Assembly: GCA_030390025.1 (NCBI GenBank)
Contig: CM059432.1
Span: 7,626,001-7,690,000, forward strand
Reading direction: 5' to 3'
DNA length: 64,000 nucleotides
DNA from: Squalus acanthias
Lineage: Eukaryota
Numbering within the stretch: position 1 is the stretch's first letter; each line of letters starts with the position of its first letter. The position numbers were made by a program, and so were the translations under genes. The notes beneath the pieces are model-generated. The model was not told the DNA's origin and ran no database searches. It worked only from the letters and a program-made list of their open reading frames with translations. Below, one piece after another: positions 34,636 through 48,918 of the stretch.

Positions 34636-37600
34636 TTCTATGTGCCTTGTGCCGGCTCTTTGAAAGAGCTCTCCAATTACACCCACTCTCCCTGCTCTTT
34701 TCCCCATAGCCCTGCAATTTTTTTCCTTTTCATGTATTCCCTTTTGAATGTTACCATTGAACCTGCTTCCACCACCCTTTCAGGCAGCGCATTCCAGACC
34801 ATAACAACCCGCTGTGTCAAAAAAAAACATTCTCCTCATCTCCCCCTTTTGCCAATGACCTTAAATCGGTGTCCTCTGGTTACCGACCCTCCTGCCAGCG
34901 GAAACAGTTTCTCCTTATTTACTCTATCACAAACCTTCATAGTTTTGAACACCTCTATCAAATTTACTCGATCAAAACCCCTCAATACCTGAGGGAGAGT
35001 TAAGCCATCTGCAAAACTTGCACACATTTGATCCATGAAAAAGTTTTTTTTTTTTTAAATTACTGATGCGCCCATGAGGCTCAGGCTCAGGCTTCCCAAA
35101 GAACAACAAGCTCGTCTATAATAAATTGTGTTCCCCCAGTGTGAAGAGGAGCTGTTTCTTAGACAGCAAGATACACTGCACTTGTCAATCACAGAAAACT
35201 CAATAGGCATGTCATACGAAGGGAGATATTCTGATGAAAGAAAATGTTCGGGGAGCGAGTGGGCCTGGAAAACCGTCCCCAAGACGATTATTGAATAACG
35301 ACAGGGCTTGCTGCTACGATCACGCCTCGCGCAGTTATTACAGCTCGAAGTGTGACGAGACAAAATAAGATATGACAGGGGAGATCAGCTGGCACAGAAA
35401 CTGGACGGCCCCCGACTGCCATCTTACCACCAACCGCATTCACGACAACAACAACAACTTGCATTTATATAGCGCCTTTAACGTAGTTAAACGTCCCAAG
35501 GCGCTGCCCAGGAGTGATATAAGGCAAAAAAATTGACACCGAGCCACATAAGGAGAAATTAGGGCAGGTGACCAAAAGTTTGGTCAAAGAGGTCGGTTTT
35601 AAGGAACGTCTTAAAGGAGGAGAGAGAGGTAGAGAGGCGGAGAGGTTTAGGCAGAGAATTCCAGAGCTTAGGGCCCAGGCAACAGAAGACACGGCCACGA
35701 AAGGTTGAGCAATTATAATCAGTGCTGCTCAAGAGGGCAGAGTTAGAGAAGCGCAGAGATCTCGGGGCGGAGTGGTTGGAGTGGTTATATTTTCAGGTTC
35801 TGGGGCACCTATGTGGAAATGGCTAATGGGACCGATCTCCACAGGGTGAAAGGCATCTACAGAGTTGTGCTGAGTAATGTGAGGTCACCTGCGGACAATC
35901 TCTACCAAAGGTGACCGTGCCAATGGTGGTGGTTGGGACAACCTCCTTCCTCATTTGTTATGCCTCCATCTCCTTCTAGGCTGCCAAAGCAATCAACTGC
36001 AGTGTCAGCCAACCTCTGCAAATGGTGCACGGTAAAAGGAGATGAGACAAGTATAGAAACCTCACCTTGCCTTGCAGCATCATCACTTTTGTCATTTACG
36101 AACATATGGAATTGGCGGGCAGGCAACGACCAGCTGGTCCATCAAGCCTGCCCCACACCATGATGGCTGATCATCATGACTAAACACTTCGTATTCCCTC
36201 CCACACCCTCACCCCCGCCCCCCCACCCCCAGTCATGTAATCTCCTGGATGAGGTAAAAAAAAACAGAGGGAAAACCCCAGAGCCAACAAGGGAAAAAAT
36301 ACTCGGGAAAATTTCTCTCCGCTCCCCTCAGGCAATCGAAACCAGTCCAGGAGATCACATAGAATCATAAAATAGTACAGCACAGAAGGAGGCCATTCAG
36401 CCTATCGAGTCTGTGCTGGCTCTTTCGAAGAGCAATCCAGTTAGTCCCACTCCCCGCTCTTTCCCCATAGCCCTGCAATTTTTTCTCCAACCAGTATTTA
36501 TCCAATTCCCTTTTGAAGGCTGCTATTGAATCTGTATCCACCACCCTATCAGGCAGCGCATTCCAAATCCTAAACACTCGCTGCGTAAAAAGTTTTTCCT
36601 CATGTTGCCTCTGGTTCTTTTGCCAATCACCTTAAATTGGTGCCCTCTGGTTACTGACCCTTCAGCCACTGGAAACAGTTTCTCTTTATTTTCTCAATCT
36701 AAACCCTTGATAGATGCATTTTCAGTTTATGATGAACTTAATAATGGACTGAGTATGTGAAAACTACAAATAAAAATAGTTGGAATATTAAATCCTTCAT
36801 GATTTTAAACACCTCTATCAAATCTCCTCTTTGCCTTCTCTGCTCTAAGGAGAACAACCCCCAGCTTCTCCAGTCTATCCATGTAACTGTAATCCCTCAT
36901 CGCTGGAACTATTCTAGTAAATCTCTTCTGTACCCTCTCCAAAGCCTTCATGTTCTTCCTAAAGTGCGGTGCCCAGAATTGGACGCAATACTCCTGCTGG
37001 GGCCGAACAAGAGTCTTATATAGGTTTAGCATAACTTCCTGGCTTTTGCAGTGAGTGACTCACCTCCTGACTCCCCAAACCCTTTCCACCATCTACAAGG
37101 CACAAGTCAGGAGTGTGATGGAATACTCTCCACTTGCCTGGGTGAGTGCAGCTCCAGCAGCACTCAAGAAGCTCGACACCATCCAGGACATCCGCTTGTT
37201 TGGCACCCCATCCACCACCTTAAACATTCACTCCCTCCACCACCGGCGTACCGTGGCTGCAGTGTGTAGCATCTACAAGATGCCCTACAGCAACTCGCCA
37301 AGGCTTCTTCGACAGCACCTCCCAAACCCACAACCTCTACCGCCTAGAAGGACAAGGGCAGCAGGCGCATGGGAACACCACCACCTCCAAGTCACACACC
37401 ATCCTGACTTGGAAATATATCGGCCATTCCTTCATCGTCGCTGGGTCAAAATCCTGGAACTCCCTCCCTAACAGCATTGTGGGAGTACCTTCACCACACG
37501 GACTGCAGCAGTTCAAGAAGGTGGCTCACCACCACCTTCTCGAGGGCAACTAGGGATGTACAATAAAAGATGGCCTTGCCAGCGACGTCCACATCCCAGG

Positions 37601-38741
37601 AATGAATTAAAAAAAAGAGATTTACCAGAATGGACTCATGGATGAGAGACTTCAGTTATGTGGTGCGATTAGAGAAGCTGGGATTCTGGTACTTATGATT
37701 GTTCTCCTTAGAGCAGAAAAGGTTAAGGGGAGATTTAATAGTGGTGTTCAAAATTATGAGCGGTTTTGATAGAGTAGCCAGGGAGAAAGTGTTTCCACTG
37801 GTAGGAGGGCCGGTAACCAGAGGAGACAGGTTTACGATAATTGGAAAAAAATCCAGGGGGAAATGAGGAGAATATCTTTTTTACACAGCGAGTTGTTACG
37901 ATCTGGAATGCGCTGCCTGAAAGGGCGGAGGAAGCAGGTTCAATAGCAACTTTCAAAAGGGGAATTGGATAAATAGTTGAAAAGGAGAATGTTGCAGGGA
38001 TATGGGGAAAGAGCAGGGGGGGGTGGGCGAGTGGGACTGATTTGATACCTTGACCAAGGATGGGCTGAATGGACTTTCAAACTGCGCTGTGCGATTCTAC
38101 GAACTAACGTGGAGATTGTAGAAAGCTGCCTTTCCCAGGAGAGCGAATTGCTGCCATGCTGGAGGGTCCGGTCTGCAGATGAACTGGATTTTTTGAAAGT
38201 AGTCATGAAGGGAAGAAGATGACACGGAGATCAAAGTTGGGGGGAAATAAAAATAAATGTCCTAACTTTGGCACAACTCGTAGCATGACCACAAAATGAC
38301 ATAATGTCCTCAAAACCAAAGAATCACTCCAGACTTTGTGGCATTTGTCAACAAAGAGGAATTAAACTGCAGCAACAGTGTATAACCTTTTCTAATAAAC
38401 ATACCTGGAAGCAAAATCAATAAATATTGGAAAAGTGTATTAAGCAGGAAAAACAATTTTACAGCACAGTGCAATAACAGTGGCACTTCAAACTATAAAA
38501 ATGTAATTTGAAAGGATTCTTTGACAAATTACTTGTAAATTGCTATAGGCCAAGTACTCATCAGTATTCATCAGTGTTTCTGCCAGTGCGGTGTGAGCCA
38601 AACGAGTTACTAACACTTGCAGTGTTGGGTTGAATGTAACTGCGAGAATTGAACGCTGATTCTGTGGTAAAAAGAAACCAGAGAATGCTGGAAACAGTCA
38701 GCAGGTCGGGCAGCAGCTGCAGCGAGAGAAACAGAGTTAAC

Positions 38742-39527
38742 AGCTTCGATAGGTGGTGGGGGGGGTTAAACCCTAAAAAAAAAGTGAAACGCGACCCCGA
38801 CCCGCCGCCTTCCCGCCTGTCGCCATTTACTCACCGCCGGGTAGCGAGCAACGTTCCTGCTAATCTGCGCGGCCGCCCAGCGGTCCGGAGGTCCCGCGCA
38901 GGCCGCTCACCGGCTTTTCAATTGTAATAGCCGCGCATGCGCAAATAATTGAATGGGCCGCGCAGCCCGTTAAAGGGCCCGCCCACCGAAAAAAAAATCA
39001 CCAGGAACATTGGTAGCGAGGCTTAGAGAGGAGGGACACTTTGTTAAAATCAGGCTCCCGCGGTGCGGCTGGGAGCCTGGTTTAAACTTAACAGTAGCCG
39101 CGCAGGTTTCCCAGGGCGCGGGAAACCCGGCAGTGAAAGGGAGGCGGGAGCTGCCGGCTTCAGAAGGTGAGCACTTTTTACAGCACTCCGTGTGGGACCA
39201 GGAGGAGCAGGAATGGTTCCCCCCCCCCCACCCCCCATCCCTTCAACGAAGCCCTTGGCCTCTGTTCTGCCGATTGTGGCCTCTCTCTACAGCCCACGTC
39301 GCGATCGCCTCTCCCTCCCCCCCCACCCCCAAGCCCCAATCTGCAGCCTGCTCCCCTCCCGATTGCTGGGGTCCGTCCCCAGGGGTCAACCCGGCCGGCT
39401 GCTGGGCGGGAAACGGAAGATAAACATAATAGTGCGGTCCTGCCATTAAATATGGCAGGAGCTCCCCATCCCCGGCCTTGCCAGGTCGCTCCCGCTCCCT
39501 CCCCGCCTCAACGTAAATATCGGGGCC
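38742..39527. mobile_element. GC-rich MITE (probably Harbinger-type) inserted in the Penelope hammerhead motif
   Basis: 3-bp TSD AAC (38739-38741, 39528-39530); degenerate TIR agcttcgata / tatcggggcc. Confidence 0.7.
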
Positions 39528-39997
39528 AACGTTTCAGGTCGATGGCCTTTCATCAGAACTGGAAGATGTTTAGAGATGTTTTGAAGCATATACAGAGCTA
39601 GGGAAAGAACAAAAGGGAAGGTCATTGATAGGGTGGAGAGCAGGAGTGAATAAATGACAGCACCTCTTCTTTCGATTAGGCACTTTACAGCCTTCTGGAC
39701 TCAACATCGAGTTCAGTAATTTCAGACTATAACCTCGGCCCCTATGTTTTCTTTTTTCTCCCACATGGCAGCTGTTGATGATTCTGCCATTGCCATTTAC
39801 ACTTCATCTCGAGTCATCTTTTGTTTCTTAACTTGTCCCATTACCATCTCCTTTTGCCTTACAACATCATCCCTTTTGTCTCTTAATCTCTCCTGCCTTC
39901 CAGCCTATCACAGACCTTCCTTTTTGTTCTTTCCTCCCCCTCCTCCCTTTCCCTGTCCCTGCACTTGCTTAAAAATCTGTTACTTCTCCAACTTTTT

Positions 39998-40039
39998 CCA
40001 GTTCTGACGAAGGGTCATCGACCTGAAACGTTAACTCTG
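39998..40039 (+). ncRNA. Minimal type I hammerhead ribozyme motif (core 40004-40033)
   Basis: CTGACGA AGGGTC ATC GACCT GAAAC GTTA. Confidence 0.72.
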
Positions 40040-40710
40040 TTTCTCTCTCGCTCCACAGATGCTGCCTGACCTGCTGAGCGTTTCCAGCATTTTCTGTTGT
40101 TGTTTCAGATTTCCAGCATCCGCAGAATTTTGTTTTTGTATTAGTGAATAAATGATAGAAGGGATGATGGTGCAAGGCAAAAAGGAGGTGATTATGGGGC
40201 AAGAGATTGGTCCAGAGGAGGTGTAAATGGTTACAGAATGTGCAAGAGGAAATGGGAGCACTGGTTAAGATGTAACATTGTTAAACTCAATGTTAAGGCT
40301 GGAAGTGCTTGATTCTGTGGGTTTGCAGCCTAAGATTTGAAGGACTGTTCAGCAATGCAGGATGCTGATGTTCCAATTGTTGATTATTTTTACAGTAAAT
40401 GGCAGCCACTTTGGTGGATCATAAATGATGACAGCTTTAACAAAGCATCAAAGCAGCAATTTAGCCATATTTTGGGAAGAGGGGGTGTTTAAGTTAAATT
40501 TAGTCACGTTGCAAATTGCAAATTGTTATATGGTTTATTAGGACAGGTGACCAACAGCTTGGTCAAAGAGGTAGGTTTTAAGGAGCATCTTAAAGGAGGA
40601 GAGAGAGAGGTAGCGAGGCGGAGAGGTTTAGGGAGGGAATTCCAGAGCTTAGGGCCTTGGCATCCGAAGGCACGGCCGGCAATGATGGAGCGATGAAAAT
40701 CGGGGATGCA

Positions 40711-41835
40711 TAACATAGAAACATAGAAAAATAGGAGCAGGAGTAGTAGGCCATTCGGCCCTTCGAGCCTGCTCCGCCATTCAATATGATCATGGCTGAT
40801 CCTCTATCTCAATACCATATTCCCACTCTTTCCCCATACCCCTTGACGCCTTTTGTGTCTAGAAATCCATCTATCTCCTTCTTAAATATATTCAGTGACT
40901 TGGCCTCCACAGCCTTCTGTGGTAGAGAATTCCACAGGTTCACCACCCTCTGAGTGAAGAAATTTCTCCTCATCTCAGTCTTAAATGTCCTACCCCGTAT
41001 CCTGAGACTGTGACCCCTCGTTCTAAAGCCCCCAGCCAGGGGAAACATCCTCCCTGCATCCAGTCTGTCTAGCCCTGTCAGAATTTTATACGTTTCAATG
41101 AGATCCCCTCTCATTCTTCTAAACTCTAATGAATACAGGCCTAGTCAACCCAATCTCTCCTCATATGACAGTCATGCCATCCCAGGAATCAGTCTGGTGA
41201 ACCTTCGCTGCACTCCCTCTATGGCAAGTATATCCTTTCTTAGGTAAGGAGACCAAAACTGCACACAGTACTCCAGGTGTGGTCTCAACAAGGCCCTGTA
41301 TAACTGTAGTAAGACATCCTTGCTCCTGTACTCAAATCCTCTTGCAATGAAGACACAAAAGGCATCAAGGGGTATGGAGAGAGAGCGGAATATGGTATTG
41401 AGATAGAGGATCAGCCATGATCACATTGAATGGCGGAGCAGGCTCGAAGGGCCGAATGGCCTACTCCTGCTCCTATTTTTCTATGTTCTATGTTTCTATG
41501 AAGGCCAACATACCATTTGCTTTCCTAACTGCTTGCTGCACCTGCATGTTTGCTTTCAGTGACTGGTGTACAAGGACACCCAGGTCCCTTTGTACATCCC
41601 AATCTAGCACCGTTTAAATAATACTCTGCCTTTCTGTTTTTCCTACCGAAGTGGATAACTTCACATTTATCCACGTAATACTGCATCTGCCATGTATTTG
41701 CCCACTCACTCAACTTGTCTAAATCGCCTTGAAGCCTCTTTGCATCCTCCTCACAACTCACAATCCCACCTAGTTTTATGTCATCAGCAAACTTGGAAAT
41801 ATTACATTTGGTTCCCTCATCCAAATCATTGATAT
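40711..41835 (-). mobile_element. CR1 3' fragment inserted in an L2, itself containing an opposite-strand CR1 3' end (41352-41500)
   Basis: KFADD..; RRNFFTQRVV; (CATAGAAA)n tail; L2 sequence resumes at ~41836. Confidence 0.85.
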
Positions 41836-42458
41836 AAGAGGGCAGAATTGTAGCAGTGCAGAGATCTCGGGGGGGGGGGGGGGTTGTAGGACTGCAGAAG
41901 GTTACAGAGAAAGGGGGGGGGGGGGGCGAGGCCACGGAGGGATTTGAAGACAAGGATGACAATTTTAAAATCGATGCGTTGCCGGATCAGGAGCCAATGA
42001 AGGTCAGCGAGCACAGGGGTGATGGGTGAACGGGACTTGGTGCGAGTTTGGGCATGGGCAGCAGAGTTTTGGATGACCTCAAGTTTACGTAGGGTAGAAT
42101 GTGGGAGGCCAGCCAGGAGTGCGTTGGACTAGTCAAGTCTAGAGGCAACAAAGGCACGGATGAGGGTTTCAGCAGCGGATGAGCCGAGGCAGGGGCGGAG
42201 TTGGGCGATGTTACGCAGGTGGAATCAACATATCCTTTGCCGGCTTTAGTACATCCATTGGAGCAGTGATTGATCTATGACCCGTGTAAGATGGGTATAA
42301 TCCGCTGAGAGGCATTGAAATGACAGTCCAATTCTGACTAAGCGCTGCGGCAACAGACTGGGAGACAAGCAGATAAGGAAGGAGCATTGCTTGGCTCATG
42401 CACTTGACTCTCAGCTAACTTCACAGCATATCTCATCAATCTTCTTCCGATACTTCAC

Positions 42459-42900
42459 AGCCTTGTCTCAGTGGTAGCACCCTCACAGCTGAGTCAGAAC
42501 AATTCAAGTCCCACTCCAGAGATTGGGCCACGTAATCTAGGCTAACACTCCCAGTGCAGTGCTGAGGGAGTGCTGCACTGTCGGAGGTGCCGTCTTTCGG
42601 ATGAGAGGTTAAACCGAGGCCCCGTCTGCCCTCTCAGGTGGACGTAAAGGATCCCACGGCCACTATTTCGAAGAGGAGCGGGGGAGTTATCCCCGGTGTC
42701 CTGGGGCCAATATTTATTCCTCAACCATTGGCATTCCAACAGATTATCTGATCATTATCACACGGCTGTTTGTGGGAGCTTGCTGAGCGCAAATTGGGTG
42801 CTGAGTTTCCCTACATTACAACAGTGACTACACTTCAAAAGTACTTCAATGGCGATTTGAGTCATCCCGAGATCATGAAAGGTGTTATGTAAATTCAACT
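42459..42900 (+). mobile_element. Near full-length tRNA-derived Deu-domain SINE (SacSINE1-like)
   Basis: A/B-box-like head (ctcagtggtag, ttcaagtccc); Deu-like core gtgccgtctttcggatgag...aaaccgagg...gatccca...gtgtcctgg.ccaa; L2-like tail. Confidence 0.8.
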
Positions 42901-44154
42901 TCCTTCCTTCTTCTGACCAAACAATTGGATATGTGGTTATCTATCCCATCATCTAAGTCGTGAATAAATATGGTGAATAGTTGAGGCCTCAACACAGATC
43001 CCTGTGGGACACCACCAGTCACATCCTGCCAATTAGAGTACCTGCCCATTATCCCTACTCTCTGTCTCCTGCCGCTCAGTCAATTTCCTAACCTGGTCAA
43101 TAATTTGCCTTCAATTCCATGAGCTTCAACTTTAGCTAACAGTCTCTTATGTGGGACTTTATCAAATGCCTTCTGGAAGTCCATATCAATAACATCCATA
43201 GACATTCCCCTGTCCACTACTTTAGTCAGCTCTTCAAAAAAAATTCGACCAGGTTTGTCAGGCATGACCTACCTTTCACAAATCCATGCTGGCTCTCTCT
43301 GATCAGCTGAAAATTTTCAGGGTGTTCAGTCACCCTGTCCTTAATCATAGACTCATGACATGTGCCGTTAGTTAGACTTTTCCTTCACTATTCAGCTCGA
43401 AAAATTTTACACTGCTAATTGCTTCAAGTGCGATCTGATAATGGACCTTGATACATGATGGGACCAATATAATCAATGAGATTTAAGGATTGAGATAGAA
43501 ACAGAGGAATGACGGTGAATGAGAATCAAATCAGGTACAGTGAAAGAAATAAAGAGAGGGAAAGAAAAATTGGATTAAGAGAGAGAGAGAGAGAGACAGA
43601 GAAACAGAAAGGAAAAGTAAGAAAAAATAATATTTACATTTTTAAATTTAAAAAATCTCCAACAACAATTTATTATTTGTAGGAATGAATTTCCCCAGTT
43701 TCAATTGTTCCCTTTTTGAGCTGGAGAGGGTGAATGGCATTGCAGGAACATACATTTCCTCATTGAAAAGGTACTTATGCTGTTAAGTGCCAGCCCTAAC
43801 TGTCAGCGGCGAGTTTAATTGGGCAATTAATGCGCAAATGCAGCAATTTCTCCAAACTCACCGGGTGGGGGGAGAGGGAGGGGTGGTTGAGGGCGAGCTG
43901 CCGGCGGAGCAGCGCAAATCGTCCAGCGATTCGCAATTCACGGGGTACCTCGTGCTCGCCACAAGCTGCTGGACCATTTACACGTTAATGATGGCGAGCT
44001 CCGTTAAACCCCCCCCGCACCCCCCACCCGTTATTTTGGCAGCAAATTCTGGCCTAAAATGTGACGCAAAATGAGACTAACCCCTCAATGCACTTGAACT
44101 GCAGCATCTGCGCGAAATCAAACTGTTCTGCACTGACTCGGCAGTTTAGAGACT

Positions 44155-45046
44155 GAGGAAAAATTCAGTATCGCCCCGTTTGGGGCACAATTATCGGCCG
44201 GGCGCAAAGATTGGTGCCTGGCGCTAATTATCGCCTCCGACTGCAAACTTGACTTTTATCGCCCCTGGAGGTGATTGGAGCGCTAAATCAGGTGCTTCAC
44301 AACTGTCTTAAGGCGCAAAGGCCGAGGAGCGAGGCGCTAACTCAGAGCGCTGGCGAAGCTCATGTGATGTCAGTCAGCAATGGAACACAGACACACTGGC
44401 CCCGGCCAGTTCTTAAAGGGGAGGGTTGATCTTGCTTTCCATCCACATCCTGCTCATTGCAGCCTTGAATCTCGACCTGGAGAGACCTGCACATCAAATC
44501 TGCTGGAAAGAACAATGGAGAGACCCAGGGAAAGAGCTCAGAGTGCAGCCCCCACAGTCTCTTCTAAATCGATACAAGGAAGGGCAAATCAAAATGAATC
44601 TGCAAAGTGCTGTTCAGTACCCAAAACTCCTTCACACAGCGTTGAATCTCTCCAGAAGTCTCTCTCTCTCTCTCTCAGAATGCGTGGTTCAAAAATGTCG
44701 CCAACAAAAAAAGGCAGGAAGCGGTCGCCTTTAAATAGCGCTCCACCAGTCCCTTCCTGACTGCAAAATGCTCCCCTCAACCTGTCGTTGCTAGTGGCAG
44801 GCGGTAAGGCAGGGGGCGCCACTCAATATCCGCACCGGGGCGCTACCGGGGCGTTGCGCACTCGACTGACGTCACGATCTGCCGGCGCAGGAGACCGTGG
44901 TGGTAGTGTTTAGCGCCGCCGCAAAATGTCTAGTTAATTTCACGAGCGGCGCAAACATCGCCACGCCCGGGCGCTAGTTGCTTTGCGCCCCATTAGCGCC
45001 CTCTTAAGGCGCTAACGGGAGGCACAACCAACTGAATTTTTCCCCC
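44155..45046 (-). mobile_element. Internal-deletion derivative of the Harbinger family at 24790-28970 (inverted)
   Basis: 44155-44550 matches the Myb-side end including the start MERPRERA; ~44570-45046 matches the reverse complement of 24790-25290. Confidence 0.88.
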
Positions 45047-46489
45047 TGAGTGCACCGTTAGAAACTGACACTTTCCATTCTGTACGACGAAGGATGGAAT
45101 ATTAAAGTTAATTAATCCTAACTAAACCTTGCAGCGCTTGACAGAAGCTTATTTTTCTCAGCAAGTAATTTGTCTTGCAAGTAATGGAAAGGAATAGCAG
45201 GATATGCCGAAAGGGATAGACGGCAGTGCTGATAGGGTGAGATGAAGAGGGGTGGGAGGAGGCTCGCTTGAAGCGTAAACACCGGCGCGGGCCAATTTGA
45301 ATGGCCTGTTTCTGCGCTGTAAGTGCTATGTGATTCTACCTAGATCGTGCCCTGTATTGCCAACAGGAAATTTAAAAAGATCACTCACTTGCTTGTCAAT
45401 GTTACAAGGTAGTGGTACCTGAATGTGAATTGCATTATATAGGGGCACTAATGTTTGTTGGTGGACAGTGGCAAAAACCATGGCTCAGCAACAGCTGACG
45501 TCCACAAAGGCTCTAATCTAATCTCAGTTGAAAGTTCGTAAAACATGGCCTCACCATACAGCACCTCCCAAACACGCGACCTCTACCGCCTAGAAGGACA
45601 AGGGCAGCAGGCGCATGGGAACACCACCACCTCCAAGTTCCCCTCCAAGTCACACACCATCCTGACTTGGAAATATATCGGCCGTTCCCTTCATCGTCGC
45701 TGGAACTCGCTCCCTAACAGAACTGTGGGAGCACCTTCACCACACGGACTGCAGCGGCTCAAGAAGGAGGCGGCTCACCACCACCTTCTCGAGGGGCAAT
45801 TAGGGATGGGCAATAAATGCCGGCCTTGCCAGCGACACCCACAGGAGCCGAACACCTCGAGTCTCTTCGCCGGGAGCAAGCGGAAGCCAAGTGCAGGCAG
45901 CGCAAGGAGTGCACGTCAACCCAAGCACCCCACCCACCCGCCCCTTCAACCACCTTCTGCCCCACCTGTGACAGAGACTGTAGGTCCCGCATTGGACTCA
46001 TCAGTCACCTGAGAACCCATTTTTAATGTGGAAGCAAGTCATCCTCGGTTCCGAGGAACTGCCTAAGAAGAAGAAGAAGAGCACCAAGTCGATCAAGGAA
46101 TATTTTTAAAGCCGATGCATTTTTTCAAAAACTTGCGTTCTAAAACGCTGCCCGATTACACTGTTTGTGGCAGATTTTGCATTCGGTGACACGCAAACGA
46201 GTTTGACAAAAAAAAAGTTTCTCAAAACTAGTGCAATTTTGGCCGCAATTTGAGCCCATTTCGCTGATCAATATAAGAACATAAGAACATAAGAAACAGG
46301 AGCAGGAGTCGGCCATTTGGCCCGTCGAGCCTGCTTTGCCATTCAATAAGATCATGGCTTATCCGATCTTGGCCTCAACACCACTTTCCCGCCCGCTCCC
46401 CATAACCCTTGACTCCCTTAACTTTCACCCAAAGCGGAAATTCCATCTTTGCATTTTCTGTTCAAATTGCGAAAGAGTCCACAACGGAT

Positions 46490-47848
46490 ATTTTTATTCT
46501 TTCAAGGGATGTGGGCGTCGCCTGCAAGGCCAGCATTTATTGCCCATCCCTAGATGCCCTGGAGAAGGTGGTGGTGAGCTGCCTTCTTGAACCGCTGCAG
46601 TCCGTGTGGTGAAGATAATCCCACAGTGCTGTTATTCTTAGTATACTTTTTTGTAGCAGTTTGATGCAAAACAGAGTTTTGAGTGGCTTGCTGGGCCATT
46701 TCAGAGAACAGTTAAGAGTTAAGCACATTGCTGGACTCATATGTAGGTCAGACCAGGTAAGGACAGCAGATTTCCTTCCCGAGAGAACATTAGTGAACGA
46801 AATGGGTTTTATACCACAATCTGGTAGTTTCATAGTCACCATTACTGATACTAGCTTTATTAATTCCAGATTTGATTTAATTAACTGAATTTAAGTTCCA
46901 CCAGCTGCCATAGGTGGGATTTGAACTCATAGGGCTGGATTTTCAATGACCCGTGGAGTCGGGTTTGGAGGCGTGTGGGGGGTTAAAGTTGCAGATTTGG
47001 GGGTCCCGACCCCATCCCGCCTCCAACCCGCCTCCATGCCAGTTTCGCTGGCGGCGGGTATCCGACCTGTGCTGAGACCCGACTCCCCGAGGCGGGAAGG
47101 GATTAGTGACAGTTAACTGCCTGTTAACAGGTAGCTAACAGGCAGTTTTTTGGATAATCCCTATTTTAAACGGTGAAATGTGGGCTTCCCGACAGGTGGC
47201 AACCACGCCAAGTTATCGGGGCGGGCCGTGGGTCTGCAGGGGTTGGAGGGGTCGATATGTCCGGTGGGCAGGTGAGTGATGGGTGCATGTGTGCAGAGGT
47301 AAGTGTGTAAGTTAAGTGCTAAGTGTGGGAAAAAGTTTTACTTACCTTAACTTCCTCCTGCAGGTGTCAGCCCTTCAGTTCTCGGGAGTTAGAAATCTCA
47401 CCGGCACAGAAAGCAGGAAAGCCGTGGTCCTGTCAAAAACTGCAGCCTTCTGTTTTCTGTGGTGGAATGATTTCTAACTCAGCCTGAGAGGAAGGACTCA
47501 AGTTAGAAATCATATTGTCAGTGTTTGACAGCTTCACAGAGCTGTCAAACGCTGATATTTCATCTGTCAAAAGCTCTTGACAGATGAAATGTCAATCTGT
47601 GACGTCACCTGTTGCCGGGTGGCCCTTAATTGGCCTGCTGAGCCCGTTGGGTGGGCTCAACAAGGTCAATCAAGGGAAAATACAGTGGGTTGGCCACAAG
47701 TCGACGGAGGCGGGTTCACAAGCCAGAATGTGGGATTCACGACCCCAACTCGACCCCAGTATCAAAATCCAGCCCAAAGTCTGGCAGATCATTAGTCCAG
47801 GACCTACTGGATTACTAGTCCAGTAACACAGCCACTATGCTACCGTAC
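46490..47848 (-). mobile_element. tRNA-derived SINE with a tail shared with the Zenon-like LINE, split by a MITE
   Basis: Minus-strand head ggtagcatagtgg...gagttcaaatccc; 46500-46640 matches the LINE 3' end at 15410-15545. Confidence 0.65.
46932..47775. mobile_element. MITE with GGGCTGGATTTT TIRs (probable Harbinger type)
   Basis: Perfect 12-bp TIR; shares subterminal sequence with 53992-54591 and 60961-61728. Confidence 0.85.
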
Positions 47849-48918
47849 CGAGATGTGTCGCTCTACCATTAGCTGTGTGAAAACGCCATCTCGATATCTG
47901 GCTTACCATTGAAGGCCATGACGTTCCTGTACTTGCACGGTAGATATGAACTAAACTCGCCACAGGAAGTTAAATCTTGTCCATTTCAGTCTCATTACCC
48001 TTTTAACGACGTGACAAGTGTTAATTACTGCCAGTCAACCTCGCTGGCATTGAAAATTAACTATTCCTGGTGCGGAGTCTCATTCCTTCAGGTTTTAATT
48101 GTTGTTGGACATTTAAAAAAAAATTAAAGTTAAACTTTTCTTTCTGGCTCTTTTTTTTACTCCCTCTCTTAATCCAATCTCACTCTCCCTCTCTTCTGTG
48201 CCTGATTTGCCATCTAATTCACCCACTCTAACTTACACTTCCTTTTCAGACATTGTGCTGTTCATTTCACAATCTGTCAATCTGATTGTTTAAGGCGATA
48301 CACAATTGCTTGCCTGGTTTACTCAGGTCCCAGATGCCGTGTAGAGCGCGCCATGCGTTAAACTTAAATAAAGCCAATTACATAGGTATGAGGGGCGAGT
48401 TGGCTAAGGTAGATTGGAAAAATAGATTAAAAGGTATGGCGGTAGATAAGCAGTGGCTAGCATTTAAAGAAATATTTCATAATTCTCAACAAAAATACAT
48501 TCCATTGAGAAACAAAAACTCCAACCCTGGCTAACTAAAGAAGTTAATGATAGCATTAGATTGAAAGAAGAAGCTTATAATGTTGCGAAGAATAATAGTA
48601 AGCCTGAGGATTGGGAGAGTTTCAGAAACCAGCAAAGGTTGACCAAAAAATTGATAAAAAGGGAAAAAATAGAATATGAGAGAAAACTAGCAAGAAATAT
48701 AAAAGCAGATTGTAAGAGTTTCTACCAGTATGTAAAAAGGAAAAGAGTAGCAAACGTAAACGTCGGTCCCTTAGAGGCTGAGACAGGAGAAATTATTATG
48801 GGGAATAAGGAAATGGCAGAAACGTTAAACAAATATTTTGTATCTGTCTTCACAGTAGAAGACACAAAAAGCATACCAAAAATGGTGGGGAACCAAGGGT
48901 CTAATGAGGGTGAGGAAC

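Larger units (their letters stand above)
38660..40310. mobile_element. Penelope-like element remnants in inverted arrangement
   Basis: GIY-YIG C-terminus QHLFFRLGTLQPSGLNIEFSNFRL* at 39658-39732 (+) with 3' region to ~40135; inverted copies of the same region at 38660-39657 and ~40150-40310. Confidence 0.82.

Noticed and set aside
35055..42400. Strong-looking minus-strand acceptors near 35230, 38405 and 42358
   Set aside because: No convincing donor giving a frame compatible with the candidate exon chain.
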